A DNA stretch of 64,000 nucleotides, taken from Sarcophilus harrisii. Lineage: Eukaryota. Positions 19,809-30,371 of this stretch are shown piece after piece (position 1 is the first letter of the stretch; each line of letters begins with the position of its first letter). The stretch is taken from contig CM109175.1 of the NCBI GenBank assembly GCA_048593225.1, forward strand, positions 261,479,655 to 261,543,654, given 5' to 3'. Both the position numbers and the translations under genes were made by a program. The notes under the pieces are model-generated. The model made no database searches and was not told where the DNA came from. It worked only from the letters and a program-made list of their open reading frames with translations.

Positions 19809-20815
19809 CTATCCGAGGGAAAGGAAAGTCAAAGGAACAAGCCTCCATTGGACAGTCACTACAGCCCCCATCATATCCAGTGCTAAAGAAAAAAGGCAGC
19901 AGGCCTACCAAGTATATCAGAAAAAAGAAACAGGGATCAGGCCTCTCTGTGGCCTTGAGTTTTATTTATGGAAAATAACCCTACCTGTCCTTCCTAGTGC
20001 TTATTACTCTCCCAGCAGCATCCCCAAGACTAGATCCCTCCCCATCCAATAATCAATGAATTAATAAACATTTGTTGGGCACCTATTATGTACCAGGTAC
20101 AGGGCTAGGCTCTAGGGATAAAAAAAGTGGCAAAAGACAGTATCTTTCCTCAAGAAGCTCACAATTTAATGGCTCTTCTGAACTGTAAGACAGAAGATGA
20201 AAGATTTTGTCTTCTCTTATGTCCCTTGGGGATATAGTTCTTGTACCCTTTTATAGAAAGAAGCTATATTTTCTCATGGTTTTTCCCTTTTGTTATGATT
20301 TTTCCCTCCCAGCATGATTCATATGGAAATATATTTAAAAAAAAAAAAAAAAGAATGCAAATGCACAACCTTAAAAAAAAAAAAAGCTTTCCTTAACTTA
20401 CCATATAGAGCATGGGCTTCCCCCAGCTGGGAGAGTAGGCCCATTTCTAGGTAGGTAGTCATAACATTGAGGTTGGTGAGTAGGGAAGCAAGCAGGGAAT
20501 GGTTCCCACTCTGTGCCTAGGGAGTGACAATCAAGATCAGAGTTAGATATTAGCACTAGATATGGTAAAGAAGTATAACATTTACTCAGCTAAGACTTTG
20601 ACCCAGAAAAAGTAATCAGGTTAAACTCGCAGTGTAATTTAGGAAGGAAAAGTGATCTGAGTGGGGAATTTGGGGGTTTGGAAGGATCCTAAGGAGCTAA
20701 AGAAGTTCTGGAAGGTTTGCATGACAGTGGGAGAAATGACTTTACCAGATGGTAAGGCAGGTCACTCAGGGCCTCTGGGTGGCAGTTATGGAAGGTACCC
20801 AAGGCATCCAGGTCA

Positions 20816-21018
20816 CACATCCTCCAGAGCTGAACTGCATGAGGAAGATGGTGGCAACATCCAGGAAGTTAGATATAGAATAGGGATCGGAAGTTCCTGG
20901 TTCTGTTCCTTATCCCTCTGGAGAGTGAGCTCCTCAATATCCCCTGGACAATTTCCCGTGGGACACCCACTTAGATCCTGGGAAGAAGGGGATTTGATCA
21001 GAGGCCCCCTGGGGTACA
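20816..21018 (-). CDS. TEP1: TEP1 exon (boundaries approximate): GPLIKSPSSQDLSGCPTGNCPGDIEELTLQRDKEQNQELPIPILYLTSWMLPPSSSCSSALED
   Basis: It lies in ORF 20813..21019(-). It aligns to human ..LWKTCDADASGTFRSCPPEALGDLPYHLLQSGNRGLLSKFLTNLHVVAAHLELGLVSRLLEAH. I could not reconcile the exact splice phases at either end with canonical GT/AG sites; see findings. Confidence 0.5.
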
Positions 21019-21088
21019 TGATTTCCCTAATCCCAGGTCAAGATCACCCTCCCTCAGTGCCCTGCTCTGACTGCTTTGCTCTGATCAC

Positions 21089-21222
21089 CTGCAATGAGGA
21101 CGTGTGCTGTGGTCTTCAGTCCAGGTCTCTTCCTATAGCGCAGCTCGGCTGCTGAACACAGGGGCCCAGGAGGGAGGCGCAGTCGGGCTCCAGGAAGCTC
21201 CAGGGACCCCGCTCCCAGCAAA
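21089..21222 (-). CDS. TEP1: TEP1 exon: (S)LLGAGSLELPGARLRLPPGPLCSAAELRYRKRPGLKTTAHVLIA
   Basis: It lies in ORF 21054..21254(-). The acceptor is tggccag|TTTGCTGG and the donor ATTGCAG|gtgatc. The length is 134 nt and the phase is consistent. It matches human SLLGEGPLERPGARLCLPDGPLRTAAKRCYGKRPGLEDTAHILIA. Confidence 0.85.
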
Positions 21223-21434
21223 CTGGCCATAACAGGGAGTACAAGTGGAGACAAACAGTGAAGAGTTTAATCAAGCCAAGGGCAATCTGCACCACCTCAT
21301 TTTGGAGGGAACCGTATATAAAACTGGGTTTTACTTCATGCTGAGAGGAATTTGGGACCAAAGTCAGAGTGGTTCACAGGGGAGCATTTACATGGGAAGA
21401 GAAACACGATAACAAAAAGGTAGGCATCCATTAC

Positions 21435-21585
21435 CTGCGTAGACTGTGGACGAGGTAAGTAAAGGGACCCATGGGATAAGGGTCTCCTTGGTTTCTAGCA
21501 GCCATGGCTTCTGCCCAATCCACAGTCTCCAAGGGTAGTGACTGCCAGGTACTTATCACCCCATGAAGCTGGTCCAACGTTAGGC
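21435..21585 (-). CDS. TEP1: TEP1 exon: GLTLDQLHGVISTWQSLPLETVDWAEAMAARNQGDPYPMGPFTYLVHSLR
   Basis: The acceptor is ggattgcag|GCCTAACG and the donor CGCAG|gtaatg. The length is 151 nt and the phase is consistent. It matches human GLTVDQLHGVLSVWRTLPKGTKSWEEAVAAGNSGDPYPMGPFACLVQSLR. Confidence 0.88.
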
Positions 21586-21883
21586 CTGCAATCCAGTAAC
21601 CTTGAGTCTCCCTTTACTAAGCCCTACAGTGTCCCTATTCACCCATTACCAAGTTCTGTAGTAGCTAAAATCTCTCACCAAGCCTACAAAAGGGACCCTC
21701 CCCAAATTCCCTGAGGAGACCACCCCCCCATTTCAAATTTTACCCTAATCTCATTCTTCCCCCAATCTTAATTACACTGTGGGGACTTATTTGTTATCCC
21801 CCTCTCAAAGGTGCTAAAACAGCTGCGCCCCCACCACCTTCTCCCAAGTGCCTCCCTCATTCATCCCGTTCCTGAAAACTGAC

Positions 21884-22016
21884 CACTGCGTGTGACATGG
21901 AGGGCTGCCAAAGCAAGAGGCAAAATATCCGAGCCATGCTCCTGCTCCAGGACGCCGAGCATGTGTTGGAGTAGCAGGGGCACAGTGGCTGGTAATGCCC
22001 GAAGTTGCTCAGACAC
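21884..22016 (-). CDS. TEP1: TEP1 exon: VSEQLRALPATVPLLLQHMLGVLEQEHGSDILPLALAALHVTRS
   Basis: The acceptor is ctttccctag|GTGTCTG and the donor CGCAGTG|gtcagt. The length is 133 nt. It matches human VSERLRTLPATVPLLLQHILSTLEKEHGPDVLPQALTALEVTRSG. Confidence 0.88.
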
Positions 22017-22036
22017 CTAGGGAAAGAGTCCAGGGA

Positions 22037-22260
22037 TCAGAGATGGTGTGATACAGGTGATGGAAGAAGGACCAGAGCAGGAGAAGATGTGGGAAACAGA
22101 AAGCATGTAATAGGAGAGAGAATGGGGATGAGAACTGAGAGGGATGAGAATGGGGAAGGGAATAGATAAGGAAATAGTTGGGTAGATAAATGGTTGGAAA
22201 TGAGAAAATAAAAGTCAGAAAATGAGAATAGACTACTGACTATGGAGTAAAGGGAAAACA
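22037..22260. repeat. Purine-rich low-complexity tract (GGAGA/GAATGGGGA variants) in a TEP1 intron
   Basis: ..GGAAGAAGGACCAGAGCAGGAGAAGATGTGGGAAACAGAAAGCATGTAATAGGAGAGAGAATGGGGATGAGAACTGAGAGGGATGAGAATGGGGAAGGGAATAGATAAGG.. Confidence 0.75.
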
Positions 22261-22311
22261 ATCGCCATGGTAATGGAAGACAGAGAAAAGGGAGTTATTG
22301 CCCCGCCTGAC

Positions 22312-22404
22312 CTGTTCATACAGAGTGAAGAGACGAAGGTGATCAGTGGCAAGGCGCAAGTAAAGAGGCAGAGCTGCCCCTCGCTTTACCAACAACAGCC
22401 GCAT
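22312..22404 (-). CDS. TEP1: TEP1 exon: MRLLLVKRGAALPLYLRLATDHLRLFTLYEQ (NACHT region)
   Basis: It lies in ORF 22240..22494(-). The acceptor is ccttccag|ATGCGG and the donor GAACAG|gtcagg. The exon is 31 codons long. It matches human MRLLLVKRESGRPLYLRLVTDHLRLFTLYEQ. Confidence 0.9.
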
Positions 22405-23255
22405 CTGGAAGGACATTGAGGAGCAAAAGGGATTAAAACGTAGCTTCCTGGTCGTCCTAAATTCAACATCCCTTCCATTATAATGCAGACCCACTAAAAG
22501 GAAGCTCTTTCTCTAGTTCCTGTTTCTAGGATCTTAAACAATGGAATTATCTCACTGTCACATCACAAGTCTTCCAGCATCTTTCTTATTGCCTAAAAAA
22601 AAAAAAAGTCTTTCTAATTGGATGATAGGAATATAAAAGCTGGGAGCTTAGTCACTTCTCAGAGTTGGAATTGCTCAAATAAGGATGTACCAAGAGTCCT
22701 ATCACCAAGTGGAAACCTGAGATAAAGTTACTGAACTGAAGTACTTCTGATCTTTAATTAGTGTCAACTAGACTATAGCTGCTGCACTGCATGTTGTCAT
22801 CTCTGATTTATCATTATTATGCTCCTTTCTCTTATATTTGCTATTTAGGTTTTTGAAAACTGCAAATGCTCTTTTTAAATGAACTCATACTGCCTACTAA
22901 AACACGTATCAAGGAAAAACTGGAGCCCTTTTTTCCCCTAACTTCCCCAAGGCCCAGCTAAAATCCTATTTCTATAAAAATTCTTTTCAACACCTCTGCT
23001 GGCTACAAAGCACATCAGTCTATAGACTCTATTTGGTTTTATATAAGTTCTATGTAGTGTGTTGTCTGTTTTTCTTCCATGGAATATGGTGGTTAGTTTA
23101 CCACAAAATTATACAGTTAATAACCTTTCCCTAGATTTGGATTACTAAGAAAAGTTCTAGTCTTCAAGATCTATCATTATATTCATGACCTGACTCTTAT
23201 GCTAGCCCCAGGCTCCCTCTCTCCAGGGACCCTCCAAGGGGTCCCTGATCCCAAC

Positions 23256-23435
23256 CTGATTGTTGAAAGGTGTCTCTTCCAGCCGCTTTCCATACAGGGC
23301 CAGCTCCTGCCTCACCAACTGGGCTCGTGCTGTTGGTTCCAGAGGTTTTAGGGCCACCACATGAGCATCTCGACGACTTTGAAGGATGTCCCCCAACCCT
23401 GTCTTTGCTGACATACTCATGACTAGGTGCACTTT
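23256..23435 (-). CDS. TEP1: TEP1 exon: KVHLVMSMSAKTGLGDILQSRRDAHVVALKPLEPTARAQLVRQELALYGKRLEETPFNNQ (NACHT region)
   Basis: It lies in ORF 23202..23432(-). The acceptor is cctaaag|AAAGTGC and the donor AATCAG|gttggg. The exon is 60 codons long. It matches human CVHLVLSVSSDAGLGETLEQSQGAHVLALGPLEASARARLVREELALYGKRLEESPFNNQ. Confidence 0.88.
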
Positions 23436-23556
23436 CTTTAGGAGATGAGAGAAAAAAAGTAAGGGGGCAGATCACTCCATAGAGCAAATCGTTTCTAAAT
23501 TCCTCTTTTTTCCTTTTTTGTCTGTAACATGTCCTTTTTTGTCCCCCAATACATAC

Positions 23557-23710
23557 CTGAGGTAGGATCTTTGGAATCCAATCTGAGATCAGTTGACCAC
23601 TTTGGTCTCCCAGTTGGTCAGCTCCATCAATGACGAGCACTAAAGTCTGGCCAGAGCGTAGGGATTGAGCAGATTTGGGAAGTAGGGTCTGTAGCTCCCA
23701 CACCAGTCCC
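23557..23710 (-). CDS. TEP1: TEP1 exon: GLVWELQTLLPKSAQSLRSGQTLVLVIDGADQLGDQSGQLISDWIPKILPQ (NACHT Walker-B-like hhhhD segment VLVIDGAD)
   Basis: The acceptor is cacatgcag|GGGACTGG and the donor CCTCAG|gtatgt. The length is 154 nt. It matches human SLVWELQQRLLPKSAESLHPGQTQVLIIDGADRLVDQNGQLISDWIPKKLPR. Confidence 0.88.
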
Positions 23711-23801
23711 CTGCATGTGGGGAGAGAAGACATCAGGGATCCCTGATGCAGCAACTTGGGAGAGATGACAGTCTCTATCCATGCAAAGAGAAAGAATTCT
23801 G

Positions 23802-23905
23802 GGCCTGAGTTCAAATTCTCAAGGGTGCCATTTGTGCTAATGGAGCAAATCACTTAACATCTGGGGACCTCAGTTTCCTCATCTATATAATGAGGGAGTT
23901 GGATG
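23802..23905 (-). mobile_element. MIR-like SINE fragment in a TEP1 intron
   Basis: GGCCTGAGTTCAAATTCTCAAGGGTGCCATTTGTGCTAATGGAGCAAATCACTTAACATCTGGGGACCTCAGTTTCCTCATCTATATAATGAGGGAG carries the MIR core CTCAGTTTCCTCATCT.TAAAATGAGG. Confidence 0.7.
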
Positions 23906-23985
23906 ACTTCTAATGTTTCCTTTAACTCTGAATCTACCATTCTATGGTCCAGGAGGGTGGAGAAATGCCTCAGAAGAGTGCTTAC

Positions 23986-24160
23986 CGGTAGGTAGTTGGG
24001 AAAGGCCTGGAACACTGAAGCTGATGATGCAGGTAAGTACAAAGGCGTCTGAGCAAGATGAGGACATAGCTTTGATCAGGACGGGCTCCCACAAAGTGGA
24101 AGAATACTTGGGAGCTCATGGTGACCCCAGAAGGAGCTTGCAAAGCTGATACTAGGGATG
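23986..24160 (-). CDS. TEP1: TEP1 exon: SSLVSALQAPSGVTMSSQVFFHFVGARPDQSYVLILLRRLCTYL..AFPTTYR (NACHT region)
   Basis: The acceptor is ctcccacag|TCATCC and the donor CTACCG|gtaagc. It matches human ASLVSALQAPDGAKVASLVFFHFSGARPDQGLALTLLRRLCTYLRGQLKEPGALPSTYR. My hand translation needs one extra nucleotide near the 3' end to stay in frame, so the ends are good to +/-1-2 nt. Confidence 0.75.
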
Positions 24161-24253
24161 ACTGTGGGAGGGAGGAGAGAAGCTATAGCCAATCTTGCCC
24201 GAGCATGCATATATCCATTATCCCCTTCTGCTCATCCTCAACCCTGTCTGTAC

Positions 24254-24448
24254 CAGGAAGGCTGTCTTGCCCTGTCCAGGTTTCCCGATCACTAGGCACA
24301 GACTCCCACTGCGTTGCTGTAGCTGCTGGATAGTGTCCTTTAGGAGGCTGGGCCGAGCTGGACAAGGTGGACGCTGTAGCTGCTGAAAAGCTGACTGTAT
24401 GGTGTCATCATTCTGAATGGATGTGGTCTCTTCCAGTCCTGACTCCGG
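24254..24448 (-). CDS. TEP1: TEP1 exon: PESGLEETTSIQNDDTIQSAFQQLQRPPCPARPSLLKDTIQQLQQRSGSLCLVIGKPGQGKTAFL (NACHT P-loop / Walker A GKPGQGKT)
   Basis: The acceptor is tcctag|CCGGAG and the donor TTCCTG|gtacag. The exon is 65 codons long. It matches human PGALLEQPVSIPDDDLVQATFQQLQKPPSPARPRLLQDTVQRLMLPHGRLSLVTGQSGQGKTAFL. Confidence 0.88.
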
Positions 24449-24637
24449 CTAGGATGCACATGGAAAAGAGAATCTCTGGGGAAAGGGCAGAACTGTCTCC
24501 CACCTCTAGAAGTCTGGCATCTGCTCCATGGCTCTCCTGTCTCAATCTACCAATCACAAATCTCTCCAATACTTCAATGTGCATGGTGTTTGTCCTCTCA
24601 TAGCTACCCCCAACCCCTTCCAGCGATCGCCACTGAC

Positions 24638-24755
24638 CTGGAGATAGAGCCTCTGGAGCAGCTCCCACACATGCTGTAACACCATCTGCCCAAACTCTTC
24701 CAGTCCCTTCACATATGGCCGGCCTGCAGCCACCCCTCCCCATACACAAGAGTAC
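24638..24755 (-). CDS. TEP1: TEP1 exon: (R)[39 protein letters not shown]
   Basis: It lies in ORF 24554..24787(-). The acceptor is tgtccgtag|GTACTC and the donor CTGCAG|gtcagt. The length is 118 nt. It matches human [41 protein letters not shown]. Confidence 0.85.
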
Positions 24756-24891
24756 CTACGGACAGAAGGCACACTCTCAGAGGCCAATCCCCAATCCTAA
24801 TTCCACACCACCCACACAGTAGCCTTATAATCTTCACCCCCAATCCACAGCAGGTGCTGCCTCTTCCATCTTACCTGTGGCAGGTAACACC

Positions 24892-24988
24892 CTCCTGCTT
24901 GTCCAGGTAGCTCTTCAGTTCTGAGATTCGCTCCGCAGCCTCTTCTGACTCAGAGGCAAAGTCCATTTTCCAGGCATCTGGCACAGAG
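24892..24988 (-). CDS. TEP1: TEP1 exon: [32 protein letters not shown]
   Basis: The acceptor is ggttggccag|CTCTGTG and the donor CAGGAGG|gtgtta. It matches human [34 protein letters not shown]. The phase relative to the next exon is off by 1 nt in my hand count. Confidence 0.75.
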
Positions 24989-25293
24989 CTGGCCAACCGG
25001 AGACATACCCCACCCCAAATTATAAGACTAGGCCCTGCTTCCCACCAGAGAGGGTAAAGATCCCACAGAACATCACCATGCTTTGAAATATGCTATCTAC
25101 CAATCCAAGGCTATCCTGAGCCCACAAAAAGAAGCCCTGTGCTCTTCCTGTCCTTCTATTGCTTTTTCTAGCATCACGTTCAGGAAGGTATGGGGTGATC
25201 AGGAGGGGATAGTGCTCGAGACATGCTATGGGTGGGAGCAAGGGGCAGAACCCAAAGATCAAGGCTCAGGCTTCTGGGAAGTAGACAAGGTAC

Positions 25294-25415
25294 CTGAGGA
25301 AGCTGGAGTCTCTCAGGTAGATGAGAGCTGGGGAGGACTGGTGGCGAGAACCTCTACTTAAAAACTGCATCACCTCCATCTCAGTCACAGAACGGCCAGA
25401 TGGATAATCCTTTGC
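25294..25415 (-). CDS. TEP1: TEP1 exon: [40 protein letters not shown]
   Basis: The acceptor is ctctcag|GCAAAGG and the donor CCTCAG|gtacct. The length is 122 nt. It matches human [41 protein letters not shown]. Confidence 0.88.
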
Positions 25416-25944
25416 CTGAGAGATGAGAAGAGAAAAGGCTTCATTCTAGGTCAGTGGATGCTTCCCTTTCTCAAGGCTTTATTCTAAAGTCTAAGAGGTT
25501 CCCATAACCCTTTAATAATCTTGCTCTATAGAGGGGAAGAAAAAAAAAAAAACAATGGACCCATATAATCCTTAAGAGGAAACCTTCATTCTAACATGTT
25601 CCTCCCTTCCCAAATGTGCTCTTCATCCTAGTCTTAGCTCTCTATCACCCATATACAATCCTCAGAAAAGGGAACATAATATAACAAAGTACTGTGTCTC
25701 AAAATCAGGAGATCTGGGTTCAAGTCTAGACTGTGCCATTTACTACTTGAATAACTTTAAGCTAGTCACTTAATTCATCTCCATTTTCTCATCTGTAAAA
25801 ATGAGGGTGTTGGACCTGTATGGTTCCTTTTTACTCTCAATCTGTGAAACTCTGAGTTCAGCAAGACCAGACCTCCTCCTCATTGGCCCAGTTCCCATAT
25901 TTTTGATTGCTCCCTATGCCCTCCCCTTTCTCTAGCTGCCTCAC

Positions 25945-26065
25945 CCAACAGAAGTGTGGATGATCAGGGAGACTGTAGTTGGGAGGGACATAGCCATAGC
26001 GGGAGCCCAGGATCCCCACAAAAAGTTGTGAGTTTTCCACTTCCCCTAAGCACAACTCCAATTGT
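25945..26065 (-). CDS. TEP1: TEP1 exon: (R)[40 protein letters not shown]
   Basis: It lies in ORF 25858..26061(-). The acceptor is tctgtag|ACAATTGG and the donor TGTTGG|gtgagg. The length is 121 nt. It matches human [41 protein letters not shown]. Confidence 0.88.
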
Positions 26066-26498
26066 CTACAGAGAAAAAAAGGGGAGAGAAGGAGAATTAT
26101 TAGGTGGAGTGAGAAGAGAAGAAAGAAATTAACATATAAGAATAAGTAGCAGTGTTAAATGATGGCTATGGAACAAGAACTATCAGAAGACAAAAAATGA
26201 GCTAGGAATGGAGCTAATTGTGGGATGGTAACTCGAAGTTAGTTGTAAGAATAGATAAGAGTACCCAAATTTCTTCAATACCCCCAAACTCCTATACCAC
26301 CTATTTTGTCTCACATCTCTAAATGTACCAACTCCAAAATACCCTAAAACTTTCATGCCCTGATTCTTTGCCTCTCACCTTTTCCAATCCGCCAGCCCCA
26401 TTCATACGCATCTCCTTTAAAACCCCTCAGCAGCCTCTATGTTTCTGATATTCCAAGACCACATCACCTATCCATTTCTCTTATCCCACTGCACTCAC

Positions 26499-26675
26499 CT
26501 GTCTTTTTGGGTCTCTTCCTCAGTGACTCCCCAGCGCAGATCAATGCCACGAACATTGATGTGGTGGGGAGCTGCACGGGCCTGCAGGGCAGGTAGCACT
26601 GAACGTAGCAACAAGTCCCGTTCTCCATGCATATCCCGGAAAGTAGATGAGATGAAAACACGGACACTACGCCAG
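26499..26675 (-). CDS. TEP1: TEP1 exon: (S)[58 protein letters not shown]
   Basis: It lies in ORF 26495..26707(-). The acceptor is ctgcctccag|CTGGCG and the donor GACAG|gtgagt. The length is 177 nt. The peptide is nearly identical to human [59 protein letters not shown]. Confidence 0.9.
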
Positions 26676-27119
26676 CTGGAGGCAGAACAGCCCACAGGGC
26701 TCAGCACGGCTCAGCTTAAAGATATCCCATACCCAACTCCCAAAGGCATCACTAGGGCTCCAGCCTTAGAAGCAGACCTGGGACTCAGAGACATCACTTA
26801 CTGGGTATAAGAGAAATCAAAGAATAGTTCTTTTGGGAACCACTCATCCATCACCCTGGATTTGGAAACAGGATATAAACCTCCCCTGTCCTTCCCAGTA
26901 TTTATACTTTCTCTATATCTTAAACCCTCAGCAGAGATATGTAGCATGGGGAAAAGGAGGGATTTGACAGGAACCTTACTCTTGAACCTTACTGAAGGGG
27001 TTTACCTCTACCCAGAAATGAGGAGCTATAACTGTATATGGGAAAATCTATCACTTCCATAGATCTCTTCATGCACCAGAACCCATTTGATCTTCCCAGT
27101 TCATCCTATCCAGACTGAC

Positions 27120-27278
27120 CTTTGCTGGGGAACAGGGGTCAGGGGGCCTGGGACCCTCTCCTCTAGCAGCTTATCAGGGAAAATCTGTGCCTCCCCTCTC
27201 TGGGGTGGGATCTTGAATATTTTGTCCATTTGGCCCACATGTTCCAGGAGACGAGACATTCCACGCTCTGAAATAAAC
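27120..27278 (-). CDS. TEP1: TEP1 exon: (K)FISERGMSRLLEHVGQMDKIFKIPPQRGEAQIFPDKLLEERVPGPLTPVPQQ
   Basis: It lies in ORF 27101..27322(-). The acceptor is tatcttag|GTTTATTTC and the donor CAGCAAAG|gtcagt. The length is 159 nt. It matches human KFIAEHGASHLLEHVGQMDKIFKIPPPPGKTGVQSLRPLEEDTPSPLAPVSQQ. Confidence 0.88.
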
Positions 27279-27619
27279 CTAAGATACATAACCATAAGAT
27301 CAACAATAACTAAGGGGATCATGAGGAAGGGTGAAAACCATAGTACTAAAAGGATATTCTATTGATCAGAGGCTAGCAACTATAAACTATCCAAGAAAGG
27401 AATGGCCAGCAAATGAACAGCATAGCCTATTGTTCCCAGCTTGAAAGAACATATGGGTATCTTGTCATAATCATCAACAGATTCATGCTTTAGATAATAT
27501 GATTGTGAGTAAAGGAAAAAGGAATTGGGGTTATATGAATGGGTGGTCAGGTGTGCACAGCACAGTACTTCTTTCAGAAGGGGGACTATGATTAAGATTT
27601 AAAGATAATGGTAGTTGGC

Positions 27620-28035
27620 CATCTTCGGCAATGAGATGAACCAAATCAGTTCCAAGGGAGCAGTAAAGAACTGAACCAGCTACGTCCAGCGAAAGAACTC
27701 TGGGAGATGACTAAGAACGATTACATTGAATTCCCAATCCCTATATTTTTGCCTGCCTGCATATATTTTTTAATTTCCTTTACAGGCTAATTGTACAATA
27801 TTTCAGAGTCCGATTCTTTTGTATAGCAAAATAATGGTTTGGACATGTAAATTTATTTTGTATTTAATTTGTACTTTAATATATTTAACATATACTGGTC
27901 ATCCTGCCATCTAGGGGAGAGGGTGGGGGGGGGAGAGGGGAAAAATTGGAACAAAAGGTTTGGCAATTGTCAATGCTGTAAAATTATCCATGCATATAAC
28001 TTGTAAATAAAAAGCTATAATAAAAAAATAAAAAA
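27620..28035 (+). mobile_element. Truncated L1 3' end, + strand (antisense to TEP1)
   Basis: It carries the same L1 tail sequence family as at 13.8 kb (..GGTTTGGCAATTGTCAATGCTGTAAAATTATCCATGCATATAACTTGTAAATAAAAAGCTATAATAAAAAAATAAAAAAATAAATAAAG). Confidence 0.7.
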
Positions 28036-28282
28036 ATAAATAAAGATAATGGTAGAAAGGGAATAGCTTAACAGATGGTGGGGGTTGGAGTTCAAAGGAA
28101 AAAAAATGAACTAAAAAAATTGAGGCTGAATAAAAATGAATTCGGGCAAGGCTGAAAATTTTATAAAAAGGAGCTGGGCTTTAATTTGGATGGGGAAAGG
28201 AATGTAAGCCACTATATCTCAGAAGTCTTTTTAATTCCTCTTAACTCCTCTCCCCTTCCCCCATCCCCCACCCAGAGCTCAC

Positions 28283-28330
28283 TTCAGTATTCCATCGGTG
28301 CAGCCTGTGAGGATGACATCATTGGGGTTC
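28283..28330 (-). CDS. TEP1: TEP1 micro-exon: (G)NPNDVILTGCTDGILK
   Basis: The acceptor is cactcagtag|GAACCCC and the donor CTGAA|gtgagc. The length is 48 nt and the phase is consistent. It matches human LNPNDVTLSGCTDAILK. Confidence 0.75.
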
Positions 28331-30240
28331 CTACTGAGTGAACTGGAAGGGGGAAAAAAGAGTGATATAATATGACCCGAAAAAGAAAAAAACATCCAAA
28401 ATTAGGAAGGATTGCATTCAGAGTGAGTATCCCGTCAATGTAGGCCTTCAGTGCAGAAAACTTGTCAAAATTGTTGCAGTTCTTTTGGTAGGAGTCTCAT
28501 GCACCTCTGCATGTATTTTCTACAAAACTACTGTAAAGGGAGGAGACATGGGATTCCTTACCTCAAGCTCAAATGATGTCAGGTAGAAAGTAGGCAGATA
28601 GGATGAGGTTATTTAATGTGTAAATTAGATGTGTTTATATTATGGTCTTTTTATTAGGTGAGAACATTTTTCTGATTGGGTTAAGAAGAGAAAAACTTGA
28701 TTGGCTCAGCAAACTAATTAGCCATTCCTCGAGCTCTAACTAGCTAAACCTTTGGATGACTGACTGTCAGAGTTCAGAGACTTTGTAAGGTAGGAACTAG
28801 CTGTAGAGTAAATTCCATGCAGGAGATAGGGAGAGAATTTTTTTGTTCTCTCTCCCTCCACTTTAGACACATGCTTTGAAGAGGAGCTACTGAAGAGTAG
28901 GGAACATGGAAGCTATGGGGAGACATATTACTCAAGATAGACACACATGCATACAGGACTATTTCCTAAGGGAAAAGCAGCTTCAAAGTGCCAGACAGAA
29001 ACAGACCCTGGCAACCCAAGCGCACAATCTGCCTTGGAAAGATGTAGGTTTCTCAGAGAGCAGTGTCCTTTTTATGCATGTGTACAATGGAAATTCCTCA
29101 TTTTCCTTGGGAGATCACGATGTTTGAACACACACAACTTTTGGATTGTGCTTATTAAACTACAGCAGTGGACTTTATCTTTGGCACCCAAGGAAACTGA
29201 CTTTGGGGATTCAGAGTAGCAATTCCTGGCTGTACTCTGGATTTTAGTTTTGCTAACCATAACTGAGCAATTGTACATTACTGCTATATTAATGTTTCAA
29301 AGCACTGAGATCGTCTGCTTCTAACTTGTAATTAATTATGTTTGCCAATTATCTGTTTGAAATAAGTTTGTGTCTGAACAACTTATTGAAATTGCTAAAT
29401 TGTAAAGATATTATTCATGACCTAAAGCTTTGTACTGTGGAATGTGCTTAATAAAAAAAAGTTTGACCTTTGTCCAGAAAAAAATAAAAAGAAAGAAAGA
29501 CTTAAGAGAGCTATGGGAGTACTCCATGAATAAAGAGAGGTCTTCCAGGTACAGCAGTGCTAGGAGCTTTTTTATTACACCACCGTACTAAAAATTTGAG
29601 CCCACTATTCCAATGGACATAGTATGTCTGTGGGAAATTGTACCCTAGTGGGGGGATGACTTATAATTATTATTCTTATTATGCATTTGAGTGAACGTCT
29701 TAGATAAAAACTAATTTAATCTGCAGACTAATTATTAACGGGAAGTTCACTGGTTGGCCTTCATGAGCCAATTCGAGGTACAGAGTTATGCCCGGAAACA
29801 GAGCTATTCCACAGTGTCACTACGAGAACCTGAGGCAGCAGCTAGAGTAAGGGAACTCAATCCTTGAATGCAAGCTGATATGGCAGGAGGAGGTGGTGCT
29901 ACCCTATACTACAGAGAAAAGTACATTCTTACACACCAGGCCGTTTCTTTCTACCTGCTGGAAAGGCTATGCAAGGTGAAACTGAGACTGCCTGGGCCCA
30001 GGTCATGGTCCAATACTAACATGCAGACCCCAGGGAAAAAAAAACCCACAACATTTTTAAACCTGTGGTGGGACAATGGTAGAAGACAGAGTTTGGGAGT
30101 TGAGAGTGAGGTCACTGGATAAAGGGCTGAGTTAAGAAAAGATTCAAGTGGAAATAGGATCTATGACAAGTAATAATAAATTGTCTCCTCCTTGCATCAA
30201 GGGAAAGAAGAATGTGAAGAGAAAAAACAGAGAGCCTTAC

Positions 30241-30371
30241 CCAGAATGCATCCCAGTTAAATCGACTCCAACAAAAAGGCATTTGGGATTCACACGCTGC
30301 CAGAAGAATTGCTTAGCAGACATAAACTCAGGGTCCTCCATAGTGTTACCAACAAAGATAACTGTGTCTGT
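30241..30371 (-). CDS. TEP1: TEP1 exon: TDTVIFVGNTMEDPEFMSAKQFFWQRVNPKCLFVGVDLTGMHS
   Basis: It lies in ORF 30237..30617(-). The acceptor is tttctacag|ACAGAC and the donor CATTCTGG|gtaagg. The length is 131 nt. It matches human VDRVILLGQSMDDGMINVAKQLYWQRVNSKCLFVGILLRRVQY. Confidence 0.85.

Noticed and set aside
20661-21155. 164-aa + strand ORF (MGNLGVWKDPKELKKFWKV...) and 129-aa + strand ORF at 19589..19978
   Set aside because: Both lie exactly antisense to well-supported TEP1 coding exons. Open antisense frames are common opposite coding sequence. They have no start context, no splice support and no recognisable similarity.
23711-23774. Initial assignment of the exon start at 23774 (peptide TVISPKLLHQGSLMSSLPTC..)
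   Set aside because: The apparent similarity to human RLCTYLRGQLKEPG was coincidental. The true homologue of that segment (RRLCTYL..AFPTTYR) is in the upstream exon at 23986-24160. The real acceptor is cacatgcag|GGGACTGG at 23710.
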